A stretch of DNA of 64,000 nucleotides, from positions 89,590,001-89,654,000 of the forward strand of contig OX597817.1 of NCBI GenBank assembly GCA_951406725.2, given 5' to 3'. Numbering within the stretch: the stretch's first letter is position 1; each line of letters starts with the position of its first letter. This document shows, in pieces, positions 26,066 to 42,505 of the stretch. A program made the translations under genes and the position numbers. Source of the stretch: Octopus vulgaris (taxonomy: Eukaryota). The notes beneath the pieces were generated by a model that was given only the letters and a program-made list of their open reading frames with translations, did not search any database and was not told where the DNA came from.

Positions 26066-26744
26066 TTGTGTGCAATGTGTTACCAAAAAGGAAAACTATA
26101 ATTGTCACTAAATATGACTAGGGTGTTAGAACACCTACTTTGCTAGAAATAAGAGCTAAAGTGCTCTGATGCAGTAGTTAGAGCATATAATTGTGTACAT
26201 ATGTAGTGCCAGGGACTTTCATTGCCCGAAATCACCGGTCAAGAATTCCTTAGAGACACACACGCACATACACACACATGCGCGTGCGCACGGCCGAAGT
26301 TCGATGACTGAAACAGGGAAGAGATCAAATATTTGGAACTTCACTACCCAATGTGATAGATTGCATGTGACTGAAGCAGACCGTTGGTACGGTGGTTAGA
26401 GCGCTCTGAGTTCAAATTTCACCGACGTCAACTTAGTCTTTGATCATTCCGAAGTCAATAACATTCGATTTGAAATCGATCTTTCTCAATCTCTTACTAT
26501 TTGTCTCTAACCGAAATCTATTGCTTTCGTTACATGTAGAGGGATGGACTCTGCCTGGTTTAAAATTCCAAAGACATGCCGGTTGTCACGACTAAGATGA
26601 AGATGCTGCCACCACCACCACCATCACCACCACCACCACCACCACCGCCACCACCACATCGGTGTGATTTGATGAACATTTAGCTGCTATTTCTAGCAGA
26701 TACATTCAGCACTTACATTGGCCAATTGTTGTTTCTTTGCTGTT

Positions 26745-27040
<296 letters not shown>

Positions 27041-27329
27041 TTTGTATTATTGTTGTTGTTGAATACGGGAATACGTGATTGTGAGGTAAATGTAGAATAT
27101 TTTCGAAAAGATCTGGAATGTATAAAAACTAGTCAGAAGAAGTTATTTCATTTTAAAAATCAAATGTAGTGAAAGGAAAGAAAGAAAACATCATTTCGAT
27201 AAGTTATAAGTATTTAATTAGAAATGATATTTTTAGAAACATTAATTTTAAAATGTAATGACGTATAAGAAGCGTTACTACTTCTTTAGCAAACAATATC
27301 TCGTTTTCTATTCGAAATTTTGAGAAAAG

Positions 27330-27403
<74 letters not shown>

Positions 27404-27433
27404 GAGAGAGAGAGAGAGAGGCAGAGAGGGGGA

Positions 27434-27522
<89 letters not shown>

Positions 27523-28465
27523 TACATATGTATATATGTACATAAATACATGCATATATATATACATATACATTTGTTTTTTGTGTGTGTACATATACAT
27601 GAATATACTTATGCACACTCTACACATATGTTTGTTTTATATATATATATCTGTGTATCTTTTCTGGACAAGACATACATCACCATTCATAAACTTCTTG
27701 CCCGTAAACTTTCAAATAATATGTGTTTATTTTGGGAAATGAGTTGTCAATTTGTAATTACTTTGACATGTATCACTTTTTTTTAAGATAAGACATTTCT
27801 TATTTTCTACGATGCTGCTACTTTAGAAGTGAACTAAATGATGCTGTAAAGAAATGAAAATAGAAATCTATAATAACCGTATCTTTGATAATGACCTACT
27901 TTTAGGATTTTACTTATTCGTTTCGGTCATTCAGGAATAGCCAAATTATTTCCCTGCATCTTCCATGTTGTGTGTTTCATTTTCAATCCCGTACTTTTAT
28001 GATCCTAAAGGAAAGATCGTCCAACTGACTTGACGATTGAGGTAAAAAGATTTTAAACTCCATTTTCTTAATAGTGTTCTCCGCTCGCTATTAGTTTGGG
28101 CTGGATGTGAATGGAATTTTCTTTAATTTCTTAGTATTCCAGAAATTATCGTTCTGTGGGAATGATTGTTTTTGACATGTTTGTCCCATCCTCACTGACA
28201 CCTTTGAATAGGTCAGCTCGTTCCGAGGAAAAGAAGCCATTATGATAACTTTAGAAAAAATTGGGAGATGAGACAACACACTTGTGGACCAGGCACTGAA
28301 GCGTTTCTGTAAGGGACTTGATGCAATATCAGTCATGTGGTTCATGTCTGAATTCTTTGTTCAAGATATGGGTACAATACCCCATTGAAGACTTGACTAT
28401 CCGTCCCTACTCGCAGTATATAAACAAAGAAGCGACAATCAGTCACTGATCTTGCAACAGGCTAA

Positions 28466-28893
28466 AGTAGATGGTTTTAAAGTCTCTGAAAGAGATTCAC
28501 AGAGTAACAGTACTAAACAGTAATGTTCGTTACCACTTTTACGTGGCTCTCCCATACGGAACAAACGTTACTACATTGTTAATATATTGCGAAGAAGGAC
28601 GGATAGCTGCCATCTCTAGCAGGCAGGCGTCCATTACCGAGGACGAGAATGCACTCAGAATCAGCTGGTCTACTGATCTTGCTATGCTGGAGTGGGAGTG
28701 GTTCGCTCCCTTACTCGTAATAAAACAGACACTGGTCGTGTGTCGCTAACCATCGGGAAAAGATGTTTTCCTGGGGTTAAAATGTAGTAACCTTTGTTCC
28801 GCATGGAACAGCCACGTGAAAGTGATAACGAACATTACTGTTTAGTACTGTTACTATGTGAATCTGTTTCAGAGATTTTAAAACCAGCTACGT
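28466..28893. repeat. Inverted repeat / MITE with ~110-bp arms
   Basis: gtagatggttttaaagtctctgaaagagattcac..gttactacatt versus aatgtagtaac..gtgaatctgtttcagagattttaaaaccagctac. Confidence 0.75.
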
Positions 28894-28914
28894 TCGTATA
28901 TTGTGATAGCTATG

Positions 28915-29760
28915 TACTGATCAATAAGTATCCGGACTGACTCCATAGTAACGAAGCTAAAGCACATAAAGTAGAGCCACTTGGCACAGATTGACCTTGA
29001 ATTTTGCTGTGCATGCACACTAAGTTTTAACGTTCTAGATCACTTCCGCTGTTTACAACAGGGCTTGGAAGGAAGGTGTGTAGTGTGTGATCGTCACATT
29101 GATCATGGCAGAGAAAGTTGTCATAGCGATACCTATTCAGAGGCCTACGCAAAGTTGCAGAGAGCGAATGGAGAATAGTGTATGAGCCGCACGCAAGTGA
29201 ACGAGTGGTTCAGACGTTTCCAAGATGGCCAAAAAAATGTCGATATTGACGAACGTTCTGGAAGACACGCAACTAGCAGGACTGAGGAAAACATTACAGA
29301 GGTACGTGCAACTGAGACTGGAAATCATCCAATCACCACCCGTGAGTTATCAGAGGATGTGCAGATAAGTTACAGTTCCGTTCAGTCCATTATCACTGAA
29401 GATTTGGGTATGAGACATGCGTCTGTGTCAAAACTGATTTCAACTGTCCAAAAAGACACTCGGGTTTCACTTGCACAAGATCTTCTTAATTGTATCGAGA
29501 ACGATGAAAACTTTTTTGAAAACTTTGCGTAGGCCTCTGAGCAGTTATCGCCAAGCTTTTGGCAAACTTTGATACAGATTCTCTGCTCAACTTTCTCTGT
29601 CATGATCACACGCTACATACCTTCCTTTCAAGCACTGTTGTAAACAGCAGAAGTGAGCTGCTACATTAAAACTTTAAGGTTAATCTGCGCCAAGCGGCTT
29701 CACTCTGCGTGCTTTAGTTTTGTTACTATGGCAACAGTCCGAATACTTATTGATCATACG
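28915..29760. mobile_element. Mariner derivative with two inverted 5' ends and an N-terminal transposase fragment
   Basis: Ends tgatcaataagtatccggactg / cagtccgaatacttattgatca; MSRTQVNEWFRRFQDG..DERSGR on +, MTEKVEQRICIKVCQKLG on -. Confidence 0.85.
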
Positions 29761-30153
29761 ACATATATTCACATACATATCGTGTGAACTTCATTGACGT
29801 ATAGTTATTAAGAAGTGAATTAAAAGATAGCAAATTTTATGGAATTTCGCATAGAGACAAATGCAAACAATTAAGTTTGTGGAAGAAAATCTTCTGTGCT
29901 TCTGTGACTTTAGGGCAGCTTTCAAGATCAATGCTAGACAAAAGCAGAACCTGACTGTCTACATTAAAAGTTCGGCATAGAGATTAACAACTTCATCCCG
30001 AATAAAATCCTGTTACAGAAAGTGCGATAAATGATAAGTAGATGAAAGCAGCCTTACGTAACACAGAGAACGACTAATAAGTATTCTTCCACTAATGGTA
30101 GTACATTCACACGCGCGCACACGCACACACACGCACGCGCGCGCGCGCACACA

Positions 30154-30232
<79 letters not shown>

Positions 30233-30378
30233 TAGTATCTTACGTTAGAAAGTGTAATTCCTATATTCGAAAAGATGAGATAATATTACTTTTTGCATTG
30301 CTCCAGAGGAGAATGTTTCTGCAAACAACAGCAACAACAACAGTAATAATGATGATGATGATCATGATGATGATCATG

Positions 30379-30430
<52 letters not shown>

Positions 30431-31087
30431 TAGGTGCATAGCCACTTCTGTCATCGTGTTCTGTTGTCGAATTTTTTTTGAGTTGAACAAATTAGAGAAG
30501 TTTCCAGAGTGCTTGGATTCAGCTTCCATGTAATCGTGGCGTGTTGGTGAGAACTAAATTAAAAATTCTCACACTCGAGCGTTGGAAAAATTCCGTCTTC
30601 TAAATCAAACATTGCATTCTCGTTACTAAGCAACACGTCTGCGAACCCCAAGGACTTGTTGTGAGAAAGAGGGATACTTAATCTTTTTATTGATTCGTTA
30701 AGGTCCGCATTTCCTTTTCGGATATAATTTCTCTGTTTTCTTTTATTCCACCTCCTGCTGCACACCACGAGACAATGGTAGCTCTGCTACTGATAGAGGG
30801 ACCTCGTCGTCATCCTGTTTTGGGCTCTAGGGTGAGGCCAGTTATCTGGCTACCTGCGGGGTTGTACAAATGACGAAGCTACCGGAATCACTGGGGCAAT
30901 GATCGGTCATACCTTGAATATTAGGGTCCGTCGTCTCCTCCAGTTACCGTTTCTTTTTTTTTTTCTTCTTTTTGCTTCTCCAATTCTTCAGAGCAAAAAC
31001 CCTCAAGTAGTTTTAACGACTGCAGTTATAACTCGGTTTTCGTCTTGACGCCATTAATCTTATGTCCTTCGCTTTTGTCCCTGAAAC

Positions 31088-31156
31088 TGGATATAGTACC
31101 AGTTTGGTCTTGAAGGATCTATGGATATAGTACCAGTTTGGTCTTGAAGGATCTAT
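31088..31156. repeat. Perfect ~33-bp tandem duplication
   Basis: tggatatagtaccagtttggtcttgaaggatcta twice. Confidence 0.9.
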
Positions 31157-31210
31157 AAGGAACTATGAGTCCGCGGTGACTTTCCGCAATACGGTCTTTT
31201 TTCCATACTT

Positions 31211-31606
31211 TGGCTGTGTGGTAAGTAGCTTGCTTACGAACAACATGGTTCCGGGTTCAGTCCCACTGCGTGGCATCTTGGGAAAGTGTCTTCTACTATA
31301 GCCTCGGGCAGACCAAAGCCTTGTGAGTGGATTTGCTAGACGGAAACTGAAAGAAGCCCGTCGTATATATGTATATATATATATATGTTTCTGTGTCTGT
31401 GTTTGTCCGCCCCCCAGCATCGCTTGACAACCGATGCTGGTCTGTTTACATCCCCGTAACTTAGCGGGTCGGCAAAAGAGACCGATAGAATAAGTACTAG
31501 GCTTTCAAAGAATAAGTCCAGGGGTCGATTTGCTCGACAAAAGGCGGTGCTCCAGCATGGCCACAGTCAAATGACTGAAATAAGTAAAAGAGAGTAAAAA
31601 GAGAGT
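31211..31606 (+). mobile_element. SINE family B, best-preserved copy
   Basis: tggctgtgtggtaag (A box-like), gggttcagtccc (B box-like), internal (TA) tract, 3' aagtaaaagag repeats. Confidence 0.9.
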
Positions 31607-33109
31607 ATCACCCGCGGAGGCGACAACAACAAAATTAGTTCTTATATGATAATAACCTCAGATATGTACAACAATGATACGCAATATACACTAGCACGCA
31701 TGCAAACCCCACACACACACGCACTCAAACTCACGTAAAACTCACTCTTAAACACACGCACACAGACACACTCATACATACTTCACTCATATATTGCACT
31801 CACACACGTTCACGCATAACACTCTCAAACAGCACTCTTATAGAAAGCTCATTTATGCATACACAACACGAACACATATACATCAATAACACATACACAA
31901 ACACGCGTACACAAAAACACACACGCATGCACATACACACACACATACACACACACACACACACACACAAACACACACAAGCACACACATGTGTACGCGT
32001 GTGCACACACAACATACACAACACTCATGTAGTACATCATTCACTCTTGGCTAGCACATACACACCACACGCAGCATTCTCTCTCCCTCTCTCTCTCTCT
32101 CCTTTCCTCTATCTTTTTATTTCTCTCTTTCCATCTTTCTCTCTACCTCTTTTTCTCTCACTCTATCTTTCTCCCTCTTTTGCTTTCCCTTTTTCTTTCT
32201 CTCCGTCTCACTCACATATATACGTACACACACAGATACACACACATACAAAACAGTCATACACACATACATACACACACCAGCACCAACATACACATTC
32301 TCTCTCACAGATACACACACGCATACACACAGTCACACACACATACACGCATACACACACATTCACATCAACATACACATCACACTCTCTCACACATCAT
32401 TCACGTGCACACCACTCACGTACAACACAAATATACACATTCTTACACACGCACGCGTGCACATACACACACACTCTTACATACACACATAGACGTAGAC
32501 ACACACACATACGTACAAATATATACTCACACACACACACGCGCGCCTAGATCAATAAGAGACTCGGTGTAACAGCCTCAACTATTGATGTGGAGTAAAA
32601 CAAAAAGAGATGAAGGTATAAACATGACTTCCACTAAAACATTAAGTCTGCCATTGAAGACTCCCATAGATCCCACCGTTGCTAAGCAACACCAGATTAT
32701 CTGCTAATCTCGATGTATTACGTCACAGATTACATTCCTTCTCCAACACACAACCACAATCTTGCTCTGACCAAAATCCAGAATATTCCAGATTTATAAA
32801 ACTTCTACCGTTGATGATAAAGAAATATCGCCATGTCTTAGATGATCAGTACGTATATAAAGATGATGGTGGTGGTGGTGGTGGTGGTGGTGGTGGTGGT
32901 AGTGGTGGTGGTGGTGGTTTTGGCGGCGGCGGCGGTGGTGTGGTAGAGGTGGTGCTACTCATTGTGCTGCTACTGTTGTTGCTGATGTTGATGACTGTGG
33001 TGATGATTTTTGATGATTATATCGGTGGAGTTTATTATTACTGTTGTTGTTGTTGTTATTGTTGTTGTTATCATCCTTGTTGTTGTTTTTGTTGTTCTTA
33101 TTCTTGTTA

Positions 33110-33325
33110 ACGAGGTGAGCTAGCAAATTTTTTTAGCGCAATCGTAGAAAATGCTTAGCAAACATTTCGTCCGACTTCACGTTCTAAGTTCAAATTCCGC
33201 CGAAGTTGTCTTTGGCTTTCATCCTTTCAGGGTCGATTAGGCACCAGTGAAACGCTGGGGTCAATGTAATTGACTAGTCCCCTCCCCACAAATTTCAGCC
33301 CTTGAGCCTATAATACAAAGGATTA
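33110..33325 (+). mobile_element. SINE family A copy ending in (TTA)n
   Basis: gttcaaattccgccgaagttg..ctttcatcctttcagggtcga..cccctccccacaaatttc. Confidence 0.8.
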
Positions 33326-33410
<85 letters not shown>

Positions 33411-33412
33411 TT

Positions 33413-34112
33413 ATGTTTGACTTTTGCTTTGTATTTGCACAAGTTGACTCCGAGTCTCGCCTTGAGACCTCAAAAGACAAGTTAGAAGTTCATGTTGGTG
33501 TTATGCCTAGGGTGCCATATATTTGGTTTTGTACATAGTATTGTTCTAGAGAATGTTTAAGAAAACATAAGAAAATTATGAGTTTGTTTTAAAATTTGAG
33601 ATTACATAAACAGTATTTTACGTAAGATACGGACAGTTCCCATGAGCACTATCTTTTGAATTTTTGCCATTTTGGGGTTTCCTGGTATCTGAGCTTGGTA
33701 GGAATTGGCCTCTTTTGCTATCATTCCTAGGGCACCTATCACAACAGGTATTGTTTTAGTCATGAGGTTCCACATTTTGCCAATTTCTGTTTCAAGATCT
33801 TTATACTTGCTCAGTTTTTGGTAGGTCTTGACAGATACATTTATGTCGATTGGGACAGTCATATTAATGAGAAGGCATAAATTTCGCCTGAAGACTTTCA
33901 ATATAATGTCTGGTCTATTCGGATCTATCTTTCTGTCAGTTTGAATGGTGAAGGTTCCAGAGGAGTGAGATGTGAGCATTTTCAAGCACTGGGGGTGGTT
34001 TGTGTTCCCACCAGTTTTTATCATGGAGCAAGTTCAGATTTTTGCAAATTACCCAGTGAATATATTATGCTGCTCTATCATGCGTGCTGAGATACTCTGT
34101 ATGCGCAAGAAG
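33413..34112 (-). mobile_element. 5'-truncated R4/Dong-like RLE retrotransposon ending in (TAA)n
   Basis: EYLSTHDR..IHW; IQTDRKIDPNRPDIIL..KLSKYKDLETEI..IPVVIGALG..QKIVLMGT..ILRK (ORF 33602-34024). Confidence 0.9.
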
Positions 34113-34134
34113 GTTTCACACACAGACAACATTC

Positions 34135-34647
34135 TAAACGTCTGATACGGGAACAGCAGGCACATACATCGCAACCACATGTGCGCGACATGGTGATCTT
34201 ATATCAAGATAAATAGCGCGTGACCTTGCTGGTGAGGCACGGCTAGAATTTTCTTCAAGTTGCGTAGTCCATCCCGCTCAAAAGGTCCCTGAATAAGGGT
34301 TGTTTAAGGAGGATGAACAAAACACCCATGTTTTCAAAGGTGAATTATTCAACTCCAAAGAATTCCTCTCAACACATGGCTATGATGCTCCCCGACTACT
34401 TCTGCTCGTGATTAGAGATGTACATATCGTCAGCCACTAAGGAACATGCTCAACTGGTTAAGGTCAAACAACTGACAAACAAATCTGTGTTATTGAGCAG
34501 AATATTTGCTGTAGCACATTTTATATACCAAGACAAAACAATGTACATGATAACACTTCCAATCAGTTAAGATGAGAAGCCATGAGAGCTACTGCCTGGT
34601 ACTGCATCAGGGCATAGAGCCACTGCTTGGTACTGCATCGGGCCATT
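34135..34647 (-). mobile_element. Non-coding (TAA)n-associated repeat (putative non-autonomous partner of Dong-like elements)
   Basis: Overlaps in sequence with 38663-38827 (aggcaca..catc.caacca.atgtgcgcgacatggtgatct); abuts (TTA)n. Confidence 0.65.
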
Positions 34648-34648
34648 A

Positions 34649-34717
<69 letters not shown>

Positions 34718-34720
<3 letters not shown>

Positions 34721-35895
34721 TAGTATATTTTTTTATATCGTGCTTTCACTTCACTACCGAGCGCAGCTCTGTGTGCCTTGGGTATGTGCTGTGATTTGTT
34801 GTGATGCTCTGATGGTTATTGTATGGAAAGTGTTCTGCGTAAGATGTGTGCAGTGCCTAGTAGTGCAATTTTCTGTATGTTATATGTGTTTGTAAGTCCT
34901 GGTGTTTTTGTTATGTATTTGTCTGAATATTTTTTTATCATGCCTAATGCACCTATTATGATAGGAATCGTTTCTGTTTTTAGATTCCACATTCTGGTTA
35001 CCTCTATTTCCAGATCTTTGTATTTTAAAAGTTTCTCCATTTCTTTTTGAGACACGTTGTCATCCGCTGGTATTGATACATCAATTAGAAAACATTTTTT
35101 TCTTCATGATCTCTGACAACTATATCTGGTCTGTTGGCCTTAATTTCTCTATCTGTGTGTATCAGCATATCCCAGAGTATGGTTGCTTTCTCGTTTTCAG
35201 TGACCTTTTCTGGTGTGTGCCTATACCATCTTTTTTCTGCTGTTATTCCATAATGTTGGCATAGTTTCCAGTGTATATAGGTCCCAACTCTGTCGTGTCT
35301 GTGAATATATTCCTTCTTAGCCAGGACTGGGCAGCCAGAGATGATATGATTTATTGTTTCTTGTCCATCTCCACATATTCTGCAGTTACTTGTTATGTTT
35401 TTTTCATTACATGTTTTTTGGTAATTTCTGGTGGGGAGGCTTTGGTCTTGTGTTGCAATTAAAAATCCTTCTTTCTCTGCTTTGAGTCCTGAGTTTCTCA
35501 ACCAGTGTTGGGATTTTTCTTTGTCTATTTCTTTTGCATTTAGTTTAACTAGTTTTCCTCTTTTCAGGGTTACTTTGGCGCATTTCTCTAATCCACATTT
35601 CATATCTATTTCTTTGGTAAATCCATGAACTGTCTTTAGTAGTGTTTCCAGCTGTTTGTTATTTGTAGCGTATAGTTTTAGGTCATCCGTATATAAAAGG
35701 TGGCTGATCGTTTTGCCGTAACATTTATATCCGCATCCAGTTCTGTTTAGCATATCCGATGGAGGTGACAGTGCCAAGCAGAAAAGGAGTGGAGAGAGCG
35801 TATCTTCTAATGGGGTTGGCTTTGGTTTTCACAAGTCCCTCTTTTGTTTGGAGCTGTAGCACTGTTTGCCATTTATTCATAGAGTGTCCTATGTA

Positions 35896-35897
<2 letters not shown>
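34718..35897 (-). mobile_element. Internally deleted R4/Dong-like element between two (TAA)n tracts
   Basis: ISHLLYTDDLKLYA (RT), GFLIATQDQSL, CRICG..ETINHIISGC..RHD, ILWD..ANRPDIVV, KYKDLEIE (RLE). Confidence 0.92.
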
Positions 35898-35988
<91 letters not shown>

Positions 35989-35999
35989 AACTTATATTA

Positions 36000-38600
36000 T
36001 TTTAGACGTCGCATAGTATCCAATATTGTGAGGTTGTTGATTGAAGATATCGTGTCTACCGGAGGTTGGTACTGTTTGTCAAGTCACAACAAAGACCTCA
36101 GGCAGACAGTACTTTAGGCAATATGCATGCAGTTCCAAGTAATGCCAACTTTTGCAATACATCTAGATTGTAGGGTATTTCTAAGGTTTTTCAGATGTTT
36201 TTTTTTTTTTCAGATTGGATGGTATTGAGCCCAATGCTCCGATGACAATAGGGATAACCTTTATGTTTGACTCTCGTAGCTGCCACATCTTAGCGATCTC
36301 AATTCTCAGGTTCCATATTCATCAACTTTTTCTTTCTTTCATGATGATATGTTGATCTAGCACTGCCTCGTCAATTATTAGGCACCCGCGTTTGTTCCTC
36401 CTAAAGGTTACTATATCCGGCCTTCGGTGCTCTAACATCTTGTCTGTCTGAAAGTCAAAGTCCCAGAGGATTTCTGCCTTTTCCTTTTCGTCCATTACTT
36501 TTTCCGGTGTATGTTGGTACCAAGCACTCGTAACCTCATATCCATACTTACAGCATAGTAGCCAGTGGAAGTTTGGGGCTACCTTGTCGTTTCTCTTTCT
36601 GCACAAGAGTTTCACAAGCACTAAAATTGTGAGTCACGCTTTAGACCATCTTCCCACACATTCTGCAGAGATCCGTTGCACTTGTGTGGTACATATTCTT
36701 TTTCATTGAGTTGGTATTTAATGCCTGGTCCTGTGTAGCGATGATTAGGCTTTCAGTATTCTTTTTTAGGTCACCCTTGTTGAGACACCTTCATGATGCT
36801 TCCTGGTCTTTTAATTTGTTGGTTTCACGATGGAACTGACCATACAGAGTAGAGTCTCTTCTCTCTCGTTGGCTGTTCGTGATCAGAATTCATGAGCTCT
36901 CTCAATCCGTTTTTGCTAACTCCTTCTGCACTAGCGGCATACTGTAGCAGGTTTTCTTTGCTGTTTACCAAATATTCTGCCATGTTTTCTCTTTCACTGT
37001 TGATGCATTCATGTATGCTAATCAGCCCACATCTACCCTTACCTCTCTTCATGTAAGCCTGTGTACATTTGCCTTAGGATGGAGGGCACCATACATTGTC
37101 ATTGTCTTTCGGATAGTACGATCGAGTTGGTCAACCTCTGCTTGGATGGGTGCACTATAGCGGACTACAGCAACAGCCCATATGTTGATGACAGTCACAC
37201 GGTTCCTTGAGTTGAGGTTTGATTTCAAGAGAAGTTTGAGGCACTTGAAATATGCAGTGATGACCTTGTCTTTCTTTTCTCTGTGCAAGATATTGTCCAG
37301 CTCCATGATCCCAAGGAAGACCATCATCATCCTGGTCTTCCATTCTCTCTCCGTTTGGTAATTCTACACTCCTACAGTCTACTCTTTTCCCCAGCTTCAA
37401 AGTAAGCACCGCACACTTCGAGATACTGAATTCCATCCCTATATCTTTGCTGCACATTTGCAGTCTTAGCCAGCCTCTCCATTTCCGGCTTTGTTTTTGC
37501 AAACAGTTTTAAATCTTCCATGAAGAGAAGGTGGTTGAGATGAGGTCCATTCTTTCTCAGCTCATAGTGCACGTTGATTTTGCATAGGACTTCAGAAAAT
37601 GGGGTTAAGGCTATAACAAATATCAGAGGTGAACTATAGTCTCCTTGAAAGATAACTCTTTTGATTGTTACCTCAGCTAAGTGCTGGTTGTTACAGCAAA
37701 GACGTGTTTCCCAACTAGGCATGCTTTTCTTAATCAGTGCACACACGTTCTCAGCTATTCCACATATGTCGAGTGTTTCCAAAATCCACGAATGCGGCAA
37801 CATGTCGTAAGCCTTTTTGAAGTCTATCCAGGCCATGCATAAGTTTTTTTGGTGCCGTTTACAGTTCTTCATTACAACCTTGTCTATCACAAAGCGGTCC
37901 TTGGTGCCCTTGGATCCTTTTCGGTATCCCTTTTGTTCAACTGGCAGTAGATTGTTTTCCGCAAAGAACATATATAGTTTCCCTGCGAATAGTTAATAGT
38001 TTCCATAAAATGTTAAGGCAAGCAAAGGGGCAGTAGTTGCCAACCTCATTATTCTTTGACCGATCTTTCATTAACAAGTTGTTCTTCCCTCTCTCATCTA
38101 CTCCAGAACTGCACCTCTCTGTAAGCAATTGTCTAATTGCAACACAATTCCCTTGTGCATTGAGCCAGTAGCCTTGAATTTCGTCTGGTCCTGCTGCTTT
38201 CCAGTTCGGCAGGTTTGATATCTGTGCAATTACATCTTCCGTTGTTATGCGCACATGGTCCTGTCGTGGAGCCTTCGGGTGATGGAGTTCGGATCTCACG
38301 GAATGAATCCACTCAGCACTGTGGTTATGCGAAACATCTTCCTCCAGATGTTATTCCAAAATTGGTGGGTTTCTTCTGCTTCAGGAGGTATATTATCTTC
38401 TGTATTTCCTCCTAATCCCTTAAAAAACTGCTGCTGGTTATTTGAGAATAACCGGTTTTGCTGGATCTGAGATATGCGATTAGTGTAGCGTTGCACATTT
38501 AATGTTTTTGCCCGCACACGTTGTTTTATGGTTTCGATGACAGTTTTGAACCCTTTCTTTTCTATTTGGTACTCCGCGCCAAGATATGTCCTTGCACATC
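36000..38600 (-). mobile_element. Long decayed R4/Dong-like RLE retrotransposon
   Basis: NWKAAGPDEIQGYW, WIDFKKAYDMLPHSW, IFQGDYSSPL, HLLFMEDLKLF, GRCGL, ILWDFDFQTD..HRRPDIV; many frameshifts. Confidence 0.92.
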
Positions 38601-38662
38601 TTTTAGCATCATCATCATCATCATCATCATCATTATTATTTTTATTATTATTATTATTATCA

Positions 38663-38827
38663 TTGAGTGAGAGAGCAGTTCATGCCATCAAAGTGACACT
38701 AGGGTAAAATATACGAAGCCCAATATACCCATCGTGAATACCCGTCTGATAAAGGTACACCAGGCACATGCATCACAACCATATGTGCGCGACATGGTGA
38801 CCTCATATGTGCGCGACATGGTGATCT
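38663..38827 (-). mobile_element. 3' fragment of the non-coding (TAA)n-associated repeat
   Basis: Minus strand ends ..aactgctctctcactcaa next to the TAA tract; ~20-bp duplication at the truncated end. Confidence 0.7.
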
Positions 38828-40271
<1,444 letters not shown>

Positions 40272-40339
40272 AGCAGTGAGCAGAGAGAATCGTTAGCACT
40301 CAGGACAAAATGCTTAGTGGTACTTCGTTCTACTCTTTA

Positions 40340-42420
40340 TTGGTATAAATGTGGATTTATAATCTGGGTATAGAGGCTGTCCATAGTTATCCTCATTCGC
40401 TTTGATTTTCCAACAGTGCAGCTGGTCTTTGTGACGGGATATACTTTTTCTGGTCGTTCCAAATAACAATATCTGGTTTGTTATGTTTACACTTCATAGA
40501 AGTGCTGGTTGAAATGTTCCACCGATATTCCTTGTGTTGATGTTTATTTATTCAATAACAGAGCGATTCTCTATATTTATCTCAGGTCAGTCTTTTTTAT
40601 GTTTTGTGTGACATTATATATTGTTTTAGGAACAACATCGTGTCACATTGAGAGGTGATCCTTGATATTTTGGGGATCACGTGTGTGATGTCTTACACAG
40701 AAATCTGGAATAATTGATATTTTGGGGGGACTAAGGACCCCACTGTCTCTTTCTTTTATGAGTTATTTAGTAGCCATCTCTTGCTCTTGGATTGCAAATG
40801 CGAAGCCTTCAAAGTGTGATGAGATGTAGAGGTTACGAATCCAAGAGGGCTGTATTTCATGTTGATATTACTGTTTCTTTCAAGTTTTCGGGAGATATAC
40901 CTATGAGTGATCCTTTTTTGGTATACTGAGCGTTTCTCATCCCAGGTCTTTGTGAGCATCTTAATGGCAGCTGCTAAGTAGCAGGTACTTTCGCTAAATG
41001 CAGGGACTTCGGCAGCCATGAATCAAATACTTTCCTATATACTGTCACAAGGTTTCTGTGGTGTTTCTTTACTTCAGACAGAACAGCTTTGTTTACCGAA
41101 AGTTATTCCGCACATCTCCACACTACTATCCTTTTAGCTGTCTGCTCATCAGTTATTACGCTGTTGAACTCACAAAGATGCTGGAAGAATTGGTTGAGAC
41201 AGCTGGTGTGAAGCTTGTACCTAATGTTTAGGTAAGAAATTGGTCTTTAGTTTTCTGCCAAATGTGTAGTTTCATTCTTGGCTACAACGATCGTCCGTGC
41301 CAGAGTTAGCCAGTTTGTTATGTCAGTCTGGCCTTCGATAGTACTTTTGAACAAATGGCTTTCTTCAGGAAGTCAGCCTATTGTAGCAGTATCAATTAAG
41401 TGTTTTCCAGGTACCTTCTCATTATACAATTTGCCTACAGCTATCGTGAAGATTTCAGAGTCGATTGTACATATTCTACTGTTGGTGTTAGGTACAGTAT
41501 TCTTTTGTAACTAAATTTAGCGACGATGTATTCTAACTGAAATCTGTTTTCATTCCTGATCTTAGACCAGAGTGATTCAATGTTTGAGAAAGCAGCAATG
41601 TTTTCCTTCTTCATTTCTTGGTATAATGCCTGTGGATTGGAAGCAAACTTGTAATTCATGCTGGATGGCTCGAAAAGATTTTCGCTCAGTGTCCTGTGTT
41701 CTTACTTTAAAGTAGTTAGCCTTTCCTCAAGAGCTTCCTCAAGTCGACGTAGCGCATTGCAGGTTTTTCCTATGTGATCTTTAAGAGTACTAATAGCTGT
41801 TTATATGAAGGTATTTATTGTCCAGTAATTAACATCGCATGATTCCATGTATTCCCCAGTAATATCATCGACACTTCTCGACATAAAAGCAGTTGGATCT
41901 TTATATATTATTTTTAAGTATGGCTTCCGCTCAACGACAACTTCGAAAAACGGGAAAAAGATTTTAGTAATTCTAGCTTTAAAATATTCCGAAGCTGAAT
42001 ATATTCCACTGTTGTTTCTATCAAATCAGTTACAAGTGGAGATATTTGTCAGTTTAGTGATGGTAGCAACAGTTTCTTTACATTACTTTCGATCTCTCCT
42101 ATGGTAGAGTATGGTCGCTTTTTAGTATTTTGAGGAGGCCGAATAGCAATTACTATCTGCTGTGATAGCCGTTTTTTAAATTTTTTTTAAAAATTATTTT
42201 TCTGCAAAGAAAGATGCTTGTTGCCAAAGCTGTTTTGGTGTAAAATAGTTTAATTTTGCATGCACACCTTCCAGTGCATTGTTTAGCCTCTTTATATAAA
42301 TGACAGAAGAGTCCTCCCGGGTTTTTTCATGGAATCAGAGTATGTCTTTGTTTAAATGTAAAGTCCGTGTAAAACGAGAAGTGTTCTTACGTTGTTAAAT
42401 AATTCAGTGTGTCGTAGTAA
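40340..42420 (-). pseudogene. Old RLE retrotransposon related to the (TACA)n-associated family
   Basis: aaacataacaaaccagatattgttatttggaac (KHNKPDIVIW), DITHV..HD zinc-knuckle remnant, NYKFASNPQALY; heavily decayed. Confidence 0.65.
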
Positions 42421-42438
42421 TGCTTGTGTTGGTATCAG

Positions 42439-42505
<67 letters not shown>

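Noticed and set aside
30430-31080. GC-richer block after (TTA)n as a retroelement 5' region
   Set aside because: No recognisable protein motif or second copy in the window
32678-32690. RFX X-box-like gttgctaagcaac
   Set aside because: A single short motif with no identifiable promoter or gene nearby
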